Assembly (NCBI GenBank): GCA_951406725.2
Contig: OX597818.1
Coordinates: 113,150,001-113,214,000, forward strand
Direction: 5' to 3'
Source of the DNA: Octopus vulgaris
Lineage: Eukaryota
DNA: 64,000 bases
The notes beneath the pieces are model-generated. The model was not told where the DNA came from and did not search any database. It saw only the letters and a list, made by a program, of their open reading frames with translations. Within the stretch, counting starts at the first letter, position 1. Each line of letters opens with the position of its first letter. Shown here piece by piece: positions 10,424-24,619 of this stretch. The translations under genes and the position numbers were made by a program.

Positions 10424-13080
10424 AATGTTTTGATATCCGAAAATTTTTCAACTGTCGCATTTGAACGTTATAGTTTTGCATTGGAATGCTAGTAAATATT
10501 TCGACTTCACTTATGAGAAAACCTTCGACTATTTGCAATTTTATGCTTAAGCTTCCCCGATGTTTATTTTTATTGTTTGCTTACGTATTTAATTATGTTA
10601 TATCAAATTAATGTCCAATTTCTTATTTTAACATTATATATACCAATTTTTTAAATTGTTTGCATATATACGTTATGGTTTATATATTTATCTTCGTGTG
10701 AAGATGTGTCTCTATATACTTATGTGGATGTATGTATTGTAGGTATGTTTATGTATATATGTGTGTATTTGCATTTATATATATGTCTATATTTATATAC
10801 ATGCATAAGTGTGTATGTGTGTATAGACTTTTATATATGTAGGCATGTGTTTGTGTAAATATTTTTGTATATTTGTAGGCGTATCTCTATGTGTGTATAT
10901 TTGCATGCATATTTATACTTATGTAGATACACATATAATTTTATATGTGCGTTTTTATGGGTTCGTTGCGCAAGCTAAACGGAGTATCTAATCGTCCTTA
11001 GACGATTATTTGGCTCAACAAATAATCATGATGAATTCTACACGTAAGAACTATATTCACACATTCATGCTGTATTGATGCTGCCATTCAACAGGAGTTT
11101 AGATTTTGTCTTATATGAATTCATATCATAACAAACTTTCATAAACGTATGATATATATATATATGCTTTGAAGCTAAATCGTGCAGAGACAAATGTTAT
11201 ACAGGAATCATATTTTATTTTTTACCCGTTTGTTTTTATGAGCATCAAGCTAGATAGTACGTGATTAAGAGACTTGGAAAATACTGCTTATATAGATGGC
11301 GTTAATCCATCTATATAAGTAAGTTAATCAAAATAAGTTATAGCAAGTGGTAGTTATTGACGAAATATGATAGACGACAAGAAATCAACAATAATGCCAT
11401 ATCTATGTTACGAAAAACATATTTGATAGATCTCCTTTTTCTAAACAGTAAAATGTGAAAGATTTTGTTTTTCCTATAAAATGCCATTGATAAGTGTATA
11501 TATCGTACATTTATAGGATTATATAGTTTTTCATTTTCTAAAGCAATACCAAATCTTATATGAGGCAAGCATAGCATTTTATTTTCATTGGATCAGATTC
11601 AATTTACCAAATATATGTATTTTACAAAAAATGTCAGTTAACATTGGAATAATTATGATAGTTAGCTGCACAAAATTAAATATGAAGTTTTAAAACTCAA
11701 TTTCATTTTTTACCTCCAGATCAAAGAATTTATCATTCCAAATTTTGAATGGCTTAAAACATTGATGTGTTTTCTCTGTGTGTGTTATGAAATTACTTTT
11801 TTAAAAAAAAAACAGATATGCGAGAAATATAATATACAGCGTGGTGCAAGATGAGGAAAATGAAAAATTTTAAATATTATAGCGTAACAATTTATTTACA
11901 TTTCAATAAGTTCGGCTGAAATATTGATTCCTGAAAGAATTACAATGCCTCAGATTTTTGGGAGGGTTTTAGCCGGCAATATCGACCCTAGTATCTGTTC
12001 TGTGCACAGTTAATCGAATACGGAAACAATCTCGATCCTGTAGGTATTTTTCTTTTTATTTCTTTACGTATATCTGTGAAAAAAAAACACTGAACCTCTC
12101 AATGTCTCTGCGAATCCACACGCTTAGGATATTATCGTAATTTTGATAACACACACAAAGATTTGCCATTTGAAGTAAATTTATGCAAAACTTATAGCAA
12201 TGCTGTTTTCCTATATAAGCAGAACAATGGATTTACGAAATATGCATGATCCAAACTATGTGAATAACACATAAATACGTAAATTAACGATATCCCATGT
12301 TACACTGCATGTGTATTGACTAAAACAAAACTTAACTTCAGATTTCATGAATATTTTACAGAATCATCCGTCCTATATTGTTAATATTGTTACCTTTTGT
12401 ATACCGAAACAATAAAAGAGATTGGCTTTCACACAGTACGAACTCGTGAGCTTAAAACCTCAAACCGATTTCCGCAATAGTTATGAAAACTTGCAAAAAT
12501 TACGCCGTAAACATAATGGTGATTACGCACAAAATAGTGGTACATTTATAGACAAATGTTAATTGTAACCAAAACTTAATTAAGAAATGCAAAGTAGTTG
12601 GTTGTACACTTGTTTAGTTCATAATACTATAATTTGCAGTCCAAATATTTACACAGCAGTTTACTGATGCAAACCACATTTTCAGAGGGGCTCTCCGTAA
12701 AATGGCTATTTAGTGAAAACGGAAGCAGTTTGCTAAAACATTAAATCTATAAAATTAACAAAGAAATTGTTCTTCAGTTCTTCTCAAATTGTACGCTTTA
12801 GACTTGACTTTCTTTTGATCTATTATTCAGGTATTTTCATTCACGAACAAGCACATTCATGCGCGCGCATGAAGACATATTGAAACACTGATACACGTGC
12901 TTTTATTCCATAAATATATAAATATCTTTTGTATAACATAAAAGTTTTATACATTTTGCTCTTTTTCTTATTTTTCACTACAATTCACCAGAGTGTAAGT
13001 TATTTCCGAACACACACAAACGCATAGACACACACACGCTTACACAAACACATACAAACACAAATATATATATGAAAGTA

Positions 13081-14375
13081 CAGGGTGACCCAAAATTAAG
13101 GGAACCAACTTTTTTTCAATTTTGTCAAAGCAAAATATCCTTATAATAATATCTCGAGTCCGAGCCTTGCAATGCAACGGTAAATGAAACACAATTAGGA
13201 CACTACCACATTTAATTGATATGACCACATCTGTTTCGAATCCCAACCTTAACTCTTGGTGTGAACGCTTCACATGCAGTACGCAGCTGTTCTTGCGTAA
13301 TCAAAGACCATTCGTGGCGCAGTTTTACCTACAGAGCGTCGAGCGAAGCATGAGGAATGCCCAAAACCCTCGTCTCTAAAATAAAACAAACAGAATAACC
13401 TAACGGGTTGAGAATGGGGCTTCTTGAGGTTCATATATCCTTGCCTGTGACCGACGGAGTGCTTTTCTTAATCCAGTGTTGTGTATGTTTGGAGCTGCAG
13501 GATGATACAGAGGCCTGTTGGAGGCTCTCTAAAGTGGTCCTTGAATGTGCTCATTTGCCCATGAAAGCAGTCCAACTTCCAGAATGTCACTAATGTAGCG
13601 TTGAGTGTTAATTTTAAAACACGTGGGTATAAAAATGAGAACAGCTCTTCCAATAGCTATCAAATAACCGCCTAAACCATAACAGCCTGTGGATTTCGAC
13701 GTCGGTTTACGTGTCTCCTCTCGATGGATTCAAATACACTCCACAATCGGTCAATCTGGTAGTTTACAATTTGTTCAATATCAAATTTCTTTTTATCAGT
13801 TAACATCAGGTTGGGCAGCGTGCCTTCAACGATCTGGCACAGAATAAAATAACTTCTCTCAAATTTCATGGCCTTATGAACTTTTGTGGTCTCATGACGA
13901 TGAGACATCTTGTAGGTGTGGGTACCGAGATCCTCATTCAGCGCTCGATACATCGATGTTCGGCTTATTTTGCTCTGACAACCAGTTTTCTGAAGGAACG
14001 ACGAGGATTTCGCCGTCTCTTTTCTGAAAAATAATTTTGATAAGCTGACGGGTCCGTACACGCCTTTTTCGGTCACGTTCAAGTCGATCATCAGTGGAAC
14101 CAGTCTCATGAAACTTTTGACAATTTTCCAGGTTGTTTCTCGGTCAAGTTTAAGCTATTGCCATAACTGTATTAATCTCGACTATTTTGTGGAGGGTCAT
14201 GATTGTATTTCGGTCTATAGTCACTATCTAATTTATGAATCTGAATTCATTTAGTCTGAAACGAAAAGGAGACACGTTAAGATTTTATAATGATGTACGA
14301 TTTTCGCATCTTATCACATTTAGTGATGGCTGTTAACGCCCGAAACTTCGTTTGCCTTAATTTCGGGACACCCTG
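13081..14375 (-). mobile_element. Full-length decayed Tc1/mariner element, DD37D (maT) family, 1295 bp
   Basis: TIRs cagggtgacccaaaattaagg / ccttaatttcgggacaccctg, TA on both sides, transposase remnants inside. Confidence 0.9.
13212..14200 (-). pseudogene. DD37D transposase pseudogene
   Basis: NLMLTDKKKFDIEQIVNYQIDRLWS (~FTDEKxF..NxQNDR); LQQ[A]S...SRSPILNPL[G]YSV with 37 residues between the second and third catalytic positions; ends GHIN*; stops and frameshifts. Confidence 0.85.
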
Positions 14376-14481
14376 TATATAGATATATAGATAGATACAT
14401 ACATACATACATATGTGCTTAAACGATTCAAGCAGCACACTGTATTAATAATGATAATATTAATAATAATGATGATGATGA

Positions 14482-14690
14482 TAATTTCAAAGTTTGGCAC
14501 AAAGCCAGCAATTTCGGGAATAAATTGTTTACATCGACCTCAGTACTCAAGTGGTACTTATTTTATGAACCCCGAAAAGATGAAAGGCAAAAATCAAACT
14601 CGGCGAAATTTAGAACAGAACGTGAAAACGTTCGACATACCGCTAAGCATTAAAACCGGCAGGCTAACGATCCTGCCAGCTCGCCGGCTT
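14482..14690 (-). mobile_element. Family B SINE (tail2 type) between (AAT)n tracts
   Basis: cccgaaaagatgaaaggcaaa...gctaacgatcctgccagctcgcc. Confidence 0.8.
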
Positions 14691-15211
14691 AATAATAATA
14701 ATAATAATAATAATAACTATTACCATTATCATTTGCAACTTTAGAGTTGAAGCACTTTAAAGATTTTAAAAGATATATGCTGTTCATTCGCCCGTTATAC
14801 TTTCCTTAGTTAGAGACGTGGAGTGAGAGGTGGTCTAAAATTGCATGAGGGAGAGGTGAGGAGTGGGAACAGAGAAGAAGGAAGTAAGGAAGTAGAGAAA
14901 GAGGTATAATAAGGCTAAATGCATCGCATAGTTACTTGAAGGGTGAGGCAAAGCGGGAGAGAAAACAGGGAGAGAGAAGCGTTAACGACCTGTTGTAGCG
15001 GGGGGAGCGGAAGGTAAAGAGAAAGAGATATGTTTAGGATGCAATATTTAGAAGGTGATGTTCTGGTGGTGAAGTTAAAAGAAGTCCGGTAAAAAGAGAT
15101 GAGCAGGCAAGGCAGTTACATTGAGTGATAGATAGACATAGTGAGTTTATGGAAGTGAGAGATGACGAGAAAGAGAGAAATGTCAAAGATATGAAGACGT
15201 GAATTGCAATG

Positions 15212-15790
15212 ATATCAGGTACTGGCTCTCATGACATCTGATCTTAACTGATTGGAAGTGTTATCATGTACATTGTTTTGTTTTGGTATAAAAGATGGGC
15301 GACAGCAAATATTCTGCTCAATACCACAGATTTGCTTGTCAGTTGTTTGACCGTAACCAGTTGAGCATGTCCCTTAGTGGCTGACGATAGGTGCATCTCT
15401 GACCACGAGCAGAAGTAGTTGGGGTGGCATCATAGCCAGGTGTTAAAAGGAATTCTTAGAGGTTAGGATAATTCACCTCTGGAAACATGGGGTTTCGTTC
15501 AACATCCTTAAACAACCCTTATTCAGGGATGGGCTACTCGACCTGAAGAAAATCGAAACTGGACCTCTCCTGCAAGTTCATGTGTTGCTTATCTTGATAA
15601 GAGATGACCATGTCATGCACTTATGGTGGTGATGCATGTGCCTAGTGTACTCTAATCAGAAGTGTAGTCCTGATGGGTATGCTCGGCTTCGTATAATTTA
15701 CCCCAGTGTCACTTTGATGGCATGCACTGCTCTCTCAAGCAATGATGATGATGATAATAATAATAACAATAATAATAATAATAATAAATG
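15212..15790 (+). repeat. Interspersed repeat ending in (GAT/AAT)n; probably a non-LTR element 3' UTR
   Basis: Homologous fragments at 294-420; ends gcatgcactgctctctc then a trinucleotide tail; no ORF. Confidence 0.6.
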
Positions 15791-16304
15791 GGAATTTGGA
15801 GCTGGTACATCGTCGCGTCGGAAACATGTAAGATCACATTTTATTATTTAAGCTTACGTTGATTCCTCCGCGGTGTTGTTTTGCATTTATAATAACATAG
15901 ATATAATCAAATTATAAAAATAATTAAATATAACACACTACGGTACTGTTTCCACTTCGCGGATTTTCGCCAAACACGTTTTTTTTAACGTAACACACGT
16001 GTTAGTCGAGGGATTATTGTAATTAATAACCTGTATTGTTATCCAAGTCTTTGTATATTGGCCTATGTAGAAATTTTAAACTCTTAAATATAGAATAGTA
16101 TCAACTGAGACAGGCGTGCGTAGAAATGCACACATTTATACAGTCACGTATGTATCTATATAGTTGAATGATATATACGTATATGCGTGTGTGTATAGTT
16201 GAATACTCCAGAGGCGGAGAACAGAAAGGGAGGAAAACGGGTAAGAATACTATGAAAAAGGCAAAGAATATTATGAAGAAGGGATAATGATTAATAATTC
16301 TATT

Positions 16305-16505
16305 ATAGGTTGAAGGCCTGAAATTTGGGAAAGGGAGATAGTCGGTTACGTGGACCCCAGTGTGAAACTGCTACCTGTTTCATCGACCCCGAAATCATGA
16401 AAGGCAAAGTCGAGCACAGTGCAACTTGCTCGGAACGTAAAATCGGATAAAATGTCACTAAGCATTTTGTCCGGTATGCTAACAATTCTGCCGGTTCCCT
16501 GCTTT
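16305..16505 (-). mobile_element. Family B SINE
   Basis: tcgaccccgaaatcatgaaaggcaaagtcga...tgctaacaattctgcc. Confidence 0.8.
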
Positions 16506-18912
16506 AAGGGACAATGATTAATAAACGGAAACGATGTAATACAAGTAAGAGGACATAAATAAATGGCAAAACCGAGTTTGAAATGGTTCAAATTATTATG
16601 TGGATTTTCTTGGATTTTCTCAACCAACGTTATTATTCGGATAGATCAGGCAGTGCTTTGAAATGTAAGGCCGCGAATGACTTTGAAAAAATAATTAGTT
16701 GAGAATTGGTTGCTTTAAATGTGACCAGACCAAAAGGAATTATTACATGTTTGTCACCGTTGCTACAAAAGACCTTTCGATACCATGAACATTAGTGGTG
16801 CTCTCCGAAATACATAGATTCGTTTACATCATTTAAATTAGTGGTATCTTTTAAATATCTGTAAGTCATTCTGACACATAGCAGAGGTTATAACTTGTAG
16901 ACTAGAAGGTAATATCAAAGGATAAAAATAATTGTCAACCGTGTTTCACAAGGAAAGACATAGTATAAAAATATAAAGCTTGGGGTTACATTTAGAAGCG
17001 TTTTAATGAAGTCTGTACATTATTCTAAATGTTTTATTCATTTATCAATTATGTTGTTTAACATAAATATCTCAATTTATAACGAGATTTAACACTTTAG
17101 CTTTTAATGGCTGAAAATCTGTTCTCATACTGATGTTGTCCTAATGAATGTTTCTTGAAAACAAAGGTGTGTATCAGTGTGGGTATTTAGATGTGTGTAC
17201 ATATATGAGTTCATTTAAGCTTGCACATTACGAGATGTACACATATTGATTCGAGGCGACATTCGACCCCGTTCATTTGCTTCATGCATTATTCTGGGAT
17301 AGCTTCGAATACGTATGCAAATTTTGGTAATGATTCATTGTGAAATTGCGGTGTTGCTGCCAGACATACAAACATTTCCACTTAGAGATATAAACTTAAT
17401 TGTGAAAGAATTATGGCGTGAGTTTTGAAAAATGAATGTGCGTGTATATGTGTATGAGAGATAGAGAGAGAAGGGAATTATAATATCTAGAGTAATAATA
17501 CATCGACGTCTAAGTTAATAGGCAGGTTCATAGAGCATAATAATTGAGCAATCTATCAATATGTGAAGCGTTACTGAGAAAGTATGTGGTTGCATGTGAG
17601 TGGAATTGAGAGAAAGAGGGAAGCGAAGAAATTGAAAGAGAATTTAAAAAGAACGAAGGAGCAAGAAAACAATACTTGACACAAGGAACGAATGTTTCTG
17701 CATCTTACACTGACATCTATATCTCATTAAAACATTTAATCCCTATGCCTATCTTTTGTTGATTTCTTACTCTCCAGGGTATCATTCAATCCCTAATGGT
17801 TTCCTCCAGGCATTATTCCAGGTTACTTTCCAATCTCCCTGCGATATGTGATAAAATTCCATTATGCTTTGGAGATGCGGTTTCAAGACAGCTAAACATC
17901 GCTCTTTATAAGTACAGTTGTGAGTATGCAGGGGTATGTATGTGCAGTAGTCTTCTGTTATGTTCAATACATATCCTCTATAGAATATTATATCTAATGT
18001 GTTACAATATTAAATTGAAGATACTATAAATGACATCAAATTACAAACATAGGTTGTTTAGACGCATACACACACTTCATATAAACGGATTCACATTGTT
18101 GCATGTAAATCAACGTGATTAGGTGTTGAAAGAAAGGAAACGAATGAACAATGCGTTGATTAATTATTCAGCTCCTTAACAACTCGCTAACTTTGAATAT
18201 AAACCACTCGTCTCTCTCGCCACTTTCATGTGATAAACTCGTTGATTGGGTGGAAAGTGTATGGCTCGAAGAAATAGATATAAAGAGGGCAACAACAATT
18301 CTTAATTATTATACATCAATTCAATGTTAATAAGTTGCACTCTGGTTTCTTAGAAGATTTCCATTTAGATTCTTCATCAATATATTATTCATACGTAACT
18401 AAAATGGAAATATTAATGAGACCACACACGATGTTAGTGTTGCAGCTAACGTCAGCTACATTTTCTTTCAACTATATGTTGGGTCATCGTGGAGATTAAA
18501 GAAATTATATACGCAATAGGATCATTAGGAAATTTTATTTTGATAAAACAGATATTGCTTGAAATCTCTTAGTACGAATTACAAATATATATGTCATTTT
18601 AAACGCATACACACACATTCATGCACTTACTTTATTTGTCTACACATATATGCATATGCGTATATATATAGACAGACAGACAGACAGACTCAGACAGACA
18701 GACTCAAACGCACAGACTCAAACGCACACGATGAGTGGGAAGTCACTATTCTAAGCGTATAATAGATGAATACCGGATTAGTGATCGGGGATTAGGTTAG
18801 ATTTTTAACATCGAAACTATTGTCATAAAAACAATTCCAAGTAACAAGAGTTGGTTTATAAAACCAATTCATTGCTCCATCTAATGTGAATGCCAATATC
18901 ATTTATATATAA

Positions 18913-19232
18913 GCGTGTGACCAAGAGGTTAGGGTAATCGGCTCACGATCGTAAGGTCGTGCGTTCGCTTCCCGGCAGCATGTTTTGTGCATGATCGACA
19001 CACTTTATTTCACATTGCTCCCGTTCACTCAGCTGGCAAAACTGAGTTGTAACTGTATTTGAAAGGGACAGCCATGTCACAGTGCGTGCCATACTGAATT
19101 TCTCTGAGAACTACGTTAAAGATACGCGTGTCTGTGGATTACTCAGCCACTTGCAGGTTAATTTCACCAGTAGGCGGTTTCGTTGATCGGATCAAGTGGA
19201 ACCTTCGTTGTCGCAAACCGACGGAATACCAC
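18913..19232 (+). mobile_element. tRNA-derived SINE, family C
   Basis: Decayed tRNA head (ggttagggtaatcggctcacgatcgtaaggtcgtgcgttcgcttcccgg); body colinear with 44003-44292. Confidence 0.75.
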
Positions 19233-20057
19233 TTGTATCATTTATGTTAAAATGTAACATAAACGCTAGAAAAAAAGTCAGGTTTGAACATCATTTACAG
19301 CTGCTTCAATAATCCGGCGATTTATTGTAATAAAACATGAAGTAAATACTTGAGTATACCGTTGCATCCGGATAAATCAAATATGCAGCGATTATAAATA
19401 TTGCAACCAATCTGGAAACGTTGAAATGACTTTCTTTTTCAAAACTGCGAAACTTATTAACTGTCTTATACTTAAAAGCAGAAACAGATTCAAAAATGGG
19501 CGAAATTAGCGATAATAAGGTAGAAAGTGCTCCACGCACTTGTATTTGATAATTAACGAGAATGTTTTGTTGCTTATCTACAGGGATTAGTGTTTGAATA
19601 AAGTGCTCATTAAGAAGGGAGCTGTGAATATCCTGTGCGTTTGAAGTCATATGTTCGTTACGTTTCCTATACAGATGTTATATAGAATTTAGAGCCAGAT
19701 CAGAAAATTACAACGTATCGAATACGGATACGTCGATGTTAGCGATAGGATCGAAGATAGGTAATGGGTGTATATAGATATTTCAGGAGCTATTCCTTCT
19801 TCGTCACTACCACATCCAACTCATTAACTAAACACAAATACGTTGCTTAAATTACTACTAACTTTAGTGGTGTAACAATATTGGGTAGACAAATTTATAT
19901 ATATGATTAACGCTCACGCTTCTAAATAGAGGTATTATTGAATTAGTATTTTTGGAATTAGGCACTCCTTACATGGAATTTCGCCTTTTTTTTATTTTTT
20001 GAACGAAGGTCCTGCAGGCTTGTATATATAAATACCCCTTTTTTTAAAAAGTTCACT

Positions 20058-20438
20058 AGTGGCTGTCTGGTAAGTAGCTTGCTTAAGAACCCCATGGTTC
20101 CGGGTTCAGTCCCACTGCGCGGCACCTTGGGCAAGTGTCTTCTACTATAGCCTCAAGCCGACCAAAGCCTTGTGAGTGGATTTTGTAGACGGAAACTGAA
20201 GGAAGCTCGTCGTATATATGTAAATGTGTATGTGTGTTTTTGTGTCTGTGTTTATCCCCCAACATCGTTTGACAACCGATGCTGGTGTGTTTACGTCCCC
20301 GTAACTTAGCGGTTCGGCAAAAGAGACCGATAGAATAAGTACTAGGCTTACAAAGAATAAGTCTTGGGGTCGATTTGCTCGACTAAAGGCGGTGCTCCAG
20401 CATGGTCGCAGTCAAATGACTGAAACAAGTAAAAGAGA
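20058..20438 (+). mobile_element. Family A SINE, near full length
   Basis: Head tggctgtctggtaag...gggttcagtccc, CORE-like segment, internal (TG)-rich tract, tail gactgaaacaagtaaaagag. Confidence 0.9.
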
Positions 20439-21186
20439 GTGTATATAACTCGAGACAAACTGTTGGCTTTATATGCTTTTTAAAAATTCGTTACATATTA
20501 TAATGTAAATAAATTGTTAGTTTGTCAATTGTATTTCTCAATTTCATTTAATATTCATATATTGTAATTATACCCTTTTATTTGTGGTATTCAACTGTTG
20601 CATCAGTGAATTGAATGGTTTACATCTTTTGAATGAATTGTCTTTTTTTTTCCATCGTTTGATTCATAATGATAGACCAGTTTAGATATTAGATGCATTC
20701 CTAGCATTTGTTAAGTACATCGAAATTGCTAGTAAGAATACTGTGAATCGTTTGGCAACAATAATATGCTGTCATGTTTATTATGGTAACAACTTACACT
20801 CCTGGCTCTGAAACCTATAAAAAGGTATAGAGATAAATTAATGAGTGATTAAATCTCACCACTACACGGTATCGAACTTTAATAGACTTGGTAGTGCATT
20901 ATGAATGCAAAATGAAACGCGGAATGCCTACTAGCAATTAATGAATTATTATAAGCATGTAATAGGCGTACACCAGATTAATGCTCGGCTTAGACTAAAT
21001 TCTTAAAATCCAAACGTCTAACCAGAGGTATAAATAATTCCAGAGAACAACAATTAGCTATAAGATATGCTCTAATGTAAAATAAACACTCTGGTTTCTG
21101 ACCGTTATTCAAGCAGAACCCAGCACCTGTAACGCAAAAATATATCCGTTGAATTCTCTTCAACATTACATATGATACGGCGACGA

Positions 21187-21610
21187 GTGTTTACCTTTAG
21201 CAGTTGAAATATGTGACAAACATATTTCAAATAACATAACTGTGATTAAACGTAAACACTGCTTTGTGCTATTACATCGTTATTTATCTCGATCGAATGA
21301 CCTAGTGCAAATTAGTCAAAGTGTTGTTTGAATTATATATAAAGCTACAAGTTTTTAGTTTGTTCAGAGTTGGCTCTCTTAGGTACATCTCATTGACAAG
21401 AGTCAATAAAGTCGAAACATCAAATTCCGAGATTCCCGAGAGATGGCTTCACTGAACGAACTGGATGTTTTCACACCTTTTTACCATAAGAGAGATCTTT
21501 TTTTCTCCACGGTAGCTGCAGTGTCTTTAGCAGCTCAAATATGTGACGAACATATTTCAACTAACCTAAATTGTGTTTATATTTAAACACTGCTTTGCGG
21601 CATTACTTCG
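21187..21610. repeat. Diverged ~90 bp direct repeat pair (21187-21280 and 21521-21610)
   Basis: ctttagcag.t.aaatatgtgac.aacatatttcaa...taaacactgctttg.g..attac.tcg occurs twice. Confidence 0.75.
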
Positions 21611-22753
21611 CGTTATATATATATATAGTTCTCAGTAAATTATTTCATATATACACTTTCTTTGGTGTTAACGTAGTAGCTATATCGGAGTCTCAGATGT
21701 CTAGATTTTCCATTTGTGGCCTAGAACGAATGGAAAATCAAGACGTTTGTATCAGTGATGTAGGCATTCTGTCACAAATGATAGACACAGACAGACATGC
21801 AGACAGATAGACGAATGGATGCATGCACTGATAGACAGATAGGTTGATGGATGGATGGATGAATGGATAGACAAACATAGATAGATGGATGGACGGACAC
21901 ACAGGGAGATAGATAGAAACAAATAGATAGATGTAGATAGATATAAGTTGTCTGTCTGTATTTTCATCCACAACTGCTTAAGAATCGGTACTAGTGCATC
22001 TACATCCCAAGAACTTGGCATTTCTGAAAAGAGGTCAATCAAATAAGCACTAGGGTTAATAAAATCTTACTTGGGTGCCATTCGTTATCCACAAAATCTT
22101 CAATATAGTGCCCCAGCAATGCCGAACTTTCATGACTAGAACCAGTAAAAGATAAAAGAGAAGATACGAACACATACATAAACGTATGCATATATATATA
22201 TATATATATATGAAATGTTGTTGTGTGTGTGTGTCCGTGTGTGGTTCGTAGGTTTGAACATGGCTGTTGATATGAGATGTAGGTGTAATGAGAATTTAAT
22301 GAATTTAGACCCGACAAGACACGACGCTTGTTCAATAACTGAATTTCCTAAAATTACAATACATTTACCCTTCTTTATGCAGACGTTAGACCTTTTAGGT
22401 ACAAAGTTCGAAACAAGAGATCGAGTGAGATGTATACTGTTTGTCAGGCATTAGTAACGTGAATTAAGGAAATTTCTGCTATGATGAACAGATAATCAAG
22501 TATGAGCATTCAAATGTATATCGGATTAGTATTTATTGCCCACAGTTGCTCTTAGTAATACAAAGTTTTCGTACTGATTGTTTACATTTCAAATATTTTG
22601 AAAGTAATCCTTTTTTCCGAGAAATCAACATCACAAGATGACATTTGACCATAAATAACCAACAATAAATCTCGTTCTTCCGGGTGGAATAATACAAGAA
22701 AGAACGAGATCTTTCAATGCATATTTATATATTTATCTACTTAACAATTTATG

Positions 22754-22756
<3 letters not shown>

Positions 22757-22803
<47 letters not shown>

Positions 22804-23003
22804 TGTATGTATTTACTAGAATGTGCGTGTGTACATACATACATACATATATATAGATGTGTGTGTGTGTGTAGGGAGAGAGAGAGAGAGTTATACATAT
22901 GACTTTCTATTAGAGTTACATTATAAAACCTAATATTTGAGATATATATACAATGTATATCTAGTCTTTTACTACACTGATACGCACGCGCACATATATG
23001 TAT

Positions 23004-23064
<61 letters not shown>

Positions 23065-23065
23065 C
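22757..23065. repeat. Microsatellite cluster: (TA)n, (TG)n(AG)n, (CA)n(TA)n
   Basis: Directly visible. Confidence 0.95.
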
Positions 23066-23824
23066 TTACAGAGCGGGAGAAAGAGACTGATTGAGAAAAT
23101 GAGAGAGGGAGAGGGAGAGATTTGAAGTGGAGCACAAGAGTGTAACTTATCTGCAGACAGAAAGCAAGATAGATGTTTATAGCAATTGATTTCGGAGACA
23201 TTATAGGATAACAATAGGATAACAATAGGAGAAGAAGAGCAAGTATTAACCATATTATTTTCGACTGGGAAATATTCATATCTACATAAAAGGAATATAT
23301 ACGCCCTTACATTCCGACTGTATGCATGAATGTGTTCTTAGTCTTCAAATTACTATAATAATATATATATATATACTATTATTGTGGTTTCTAGAATTGT
23401 ACTGAACTGTTGTTTAGAAAACATTGTGAGCCGCCGAGTGTGTATTTGTGTGTATCTGTGTGTCCATGTATGTGCGTTTATATGAATGTTTTTCCCATTT
23501 TATTCGTCGTTATATTTATGCATCATGTCAGCTGGCTACAATTGGAAGTTAACACGTCCAATAGACTGTGAATTAAGAATAGTTCTTGCAAATAAGTCGG
23601 AAGTTTGAATGTTGTTCCTCTACCGTATATGTCGCAGTGAAATAAATAAATCACATGTGACTGATTTCTCAAATTTTGATCGGACAAGTTCGAATGGTTA
23701 CCAGTTTGTTTCAAGGAGCAATTTCGGGGTAAGTTCCGACTGCAAACACAAGTCGAATGCGTGCTTCGATGACTGCGATATCTAAAATGATTTATAACTT
23801 CGGGACATTTCGGTAATCATCTCT

Positions 23825-24500
23825 TACGTTTCACTTGTTTCGGTCATTAGACTGCGACCATGCTGGGGCACTACCACCAAGAGTTTTTTAGTCGAATGAA
23901 TAGATCGGAGTACTTATTTTTATTTTTATTTTGAACCTGACACATATTTTATCCAAGTCACGAAGACGAAAGCACACCGACACCGGTTATCAAACTGTGG
24001 GCGAAGGGAGTACGCACATTCACTCACACACATTCACTCTCGCACACACACACACACACACATACATACATATGACATTATTCAGTTTATTTCAAGATTT
24101 CTTGCCAATAAAGAAATAACCGATTTTTAACCTAGATCCTTCGTATACATATTACTTGTTGAACTCATTAGAGAGCGACCATTCTGTGGCACAGCCTCGA
24201 TGGATTTGGATGAGCAAATCGATTCCAGAACTAGTATTTATAGTGAGGGTATCGCTTCGCTGGACCACTAAGTTACGGCTATATACAGAAAGTGATACTG
24301 ATTGTCCAGGTAGGGGACAATCACACCCACACACATATATCCGATGGGCTTCTTTGAGTCTCCGTATATCACATCCACTCAGAAAGCGTTGTTCGGATCG
24401 AGGCTGTACTAGAAGACACTCAAACTGCCGCGCAGTGGGACTGAACCTGGAATCATGTGGTTGGCAAGCAAGCGTCTTAGCACGCAGCCAAATCTTCGCC
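23825..24500 (-). mobile_element. Two tandem degenerate family A SINEs (about 23825-24070 and 24152-24500)
   Basis: cttgtttcggtcattagactgcgaccatgctgg tail; cgcagtgggactgaacctggaatcatgtggttgg head. Confidence 0.75.
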
Positions 24501-24540
24501 TGTACATACATATGTATACACACACACACAAATATGTATT

Positions 24541-24582
<42 letters not shown>

Positions 24583-24588
24583 TATGGG

Positions 24589-24619
<31 letters not shown>

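Noticed and set aside
10958-11085. Possible decayed HHR (gc-gcaa-gc) and SECIS-like ATGA..AA hairpin downstream of the Naiad-like relic
   Set aside because: Core nucleotides and the closing GA quartet are missing; cannot be supported from one copy.
14810-15200. Purine-rich tract that might be a further PLE relic
   Set aside because: Too degenerate; no convincing motif recovered.
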